This document shows, piece by piece, positions 62,455 through 64,000 of a stretch of 64,000 nucleotides of DNA. The stretch's first letter is position 1, and the number at the start of each line of letters is the position of its first letter. Below the pieces are notes generated by a model. The model saw only the letters and a list, made by a program, of their open reading frames with translations, made no database searches and had not been told where the DNA came from. This stretch comes from Mobula hypostoma. Its lineage: Eukaryota. The stretch is from the NCBI RefSeq assembly GCF_963921235.1, contig NC_086108.1, forward strand, positions 64,668,001 to 64,732,000, given 5' to 3'. The translations under genes were made by a program, and so were the position numbers.

Positions 62455-64000
62455 GCGCAAACACGAGGAAATCTGCAGATGCTGGAATTTCAAGCAACAC
62501 ACATAAAAAAAATATGCTGGTGAACGCAGCAGGCCAGGCAGTATCTATAGGAAGAGGTACAGTCGACGATTCGGGCCGAGACCCTTCGTCAGGACTAACT
62601 GAAAGAAGAGGTAGTAAGAGATTTGAAAGTGGGAGGGGGAGGGATGGAGCTAAGAGCTGGGCAGTTGATTGGCAAAAGGGATATGAGAGGATCATGGGAC
62701 AGGAGGTCTAGGGAGAAAGAAAGGGGGAAGGGGGAAGCCCAGAGGATGGGCCAGGAGTATAGTGAGAGGGACAGAGGGAGAAAAAGGAGAGAGAGGAAAA
62801 AAATTAATAATAATAATTAATAAATAACAGATGGGGTACAAAGGGGAGGTGGGGCATTAACGGAAGTTAGAGAAGGCAATGTTCATGCCATCACATTGGA
62901 GGCTACCCAGACCATGCTGAGCTGTTGACTTCATTAACTTTGCCTCCAACTTTCACCCTCCCCTCAAGTTTACCTTGTCCATTTCGGACACCTCCCTCCC
63001 CTTTCTTGATCTTTCTGTCTGTATCTCTGGAGACAGCTTATCTACTGATGTCTTCTATAAGCCTACGGACTCTTACAGCTACCTGGACTATTCCTCTTCT
63101 CACCCTGTCTCTTGTAAAAATGCCATCCCGTTTTCGCAATTCCTCCGTCTCCGCCGCATCTGCTCTTAGGATGAGGCCTTTCATTCCAGGATGAAGGAGA
63201 TGTCCTCCTTTTTTAAAGAAAGGGGCTTCCCTTCCTCCACCATCAACTCTGCTCTCAAACACATCTCTCCCATTTCACACACATCTGCTCTCACCCCATC
63301 CTCCCGCCACCCCACTAGGAATAGGGTTCCCCTTGTCCTCACCTACCACCCCACCAGCCTCCAGGTCCAACATATAATTCTCCGTAACTTCCGCCACCTC
63401 CAATGGGATCCCACCATGAAGCACATCTTTCCCTCCCACCCCCTGCTTTCAGCAGGGATCACTCCCTACGCGACTCCCTTGTCCATTCATCCCCCCCCCT
63501 TCCCTTCCCACCGATCTCCCTCCCAGAACTTACCCTTGTAAGTGGAACAAGTGCTGCATATGCCCTTACACTTCCTCCCTTACCACCATTCAGGGCCCCA
63601 GACAGTCTTTCCAGGTGAGGCGACACTTCACCTGTGAGTCGGCTGGGGTGATGTACTGCGTCCAGTGCTCCCAATGTGGCCTTCTATATATTGGCAAGAC
63701 CCAACACAGGCTGGGAGACTGTTTTGCTGAACACCTATGTTCTGTCCGCCAGAGAAAGCAGGATCTCCCAGTGGCCACAGATTTTAATTCCAATTCCCAT
63801 TCCCATTCTGATATGTCTATCCATGGCCTCCTCTACTGTCAAGATGAAGCCACACTCAGGTTGGGGGAACAACACCTTATATTCCGTCGGGGTAGCCTCC
63901 AACCTGATGGCGTGAACATTGCCTTCTCTAACTTCCGTTAATGCCCCACTTCCCCTTAATTAATTAATTAATTAATTAATTCCCCCCCCCCCCCCCTCTC
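62455..64000 (+). mobile_element. Young Neptune-type Penelope-like element: inverted 3' terminus (62455-62911, minus) then RT thumb, Cys linker and GIY-YIG (62912-63941, plus); cut by window end
   Basis: LPFLDLSV...FYKPTDSYSYLDYSSSHPVSCKNAIPFSQFLRLRRICS, CKWNKCCICP, GVMYCVQCSQCGLLYIGKTQHRLGDCFAEH...LQPDGVN. One internal stop and frameshifts. Confidence 0.92.
62560..62596 (-). ncRNA. Minimal hammerhead motif with a single core substitution
   Basis: Reverse complement agtc CUGACGA a gggu cucg gccc GAAUCGUC gacug (GAAA changed to GAAU). Confidence 0.55.

Noticed and set aside
4790..62600. Recurrent ~37-bp motif as CRISPR repeat
   Set aside because: Copies are dispersed over kilobases on both strands, have no regular spacers and belong to PLE termini in a eukaryotic context.
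63955..63982. (TTAA)n run as piggyBac target or telomere-like repeat
   Set aside because: Simple repeat expansion in the PLE 3' region, at the position where other copies have AT- or CT-rich tracts.

Overview
This is AT-rich eukaryotic (vertebrate) DNA. The repeat families suggest an elasmobranch (shark or ray) intron or gene desert; that assignment is an inference. I found no recognisable host protein-coding gene, rRNA, tRNA or CRISPR array, and nearly all recognisable ORFs in the track are decayed transposon fragments. The window holds Rex1/Babar and CR1 LINEs (several multiply nested), Penelope-like elements (PLEs, Neptune-type RT plus GIY-YIG), tRNA-derived SINEs (V-, CORE- and Deu-domain types), an internally deleted Tigger, two further TIR elements and a solo LTR. 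The most interesting signal is that the PLE terminal repeat carries a minimal type I hammerhead ribozyme motif (stem I, CUGAyGA, stem II, GAA, ACGU, C, stem I). There are about 10 recognisable copies; the one at 12936-12972 has an intact core. The motif also sits in ~100-200 bp modules with their own TSDs and in fold-back pairs. Hammerheads in PLEs are a known phenomenon, so any novelty is limited to these local forms. Several repeat-poor blocks look like conserved non-coding elements but cannot be verified from sequence alone. Repeat boundaries without a TSD are approximate.
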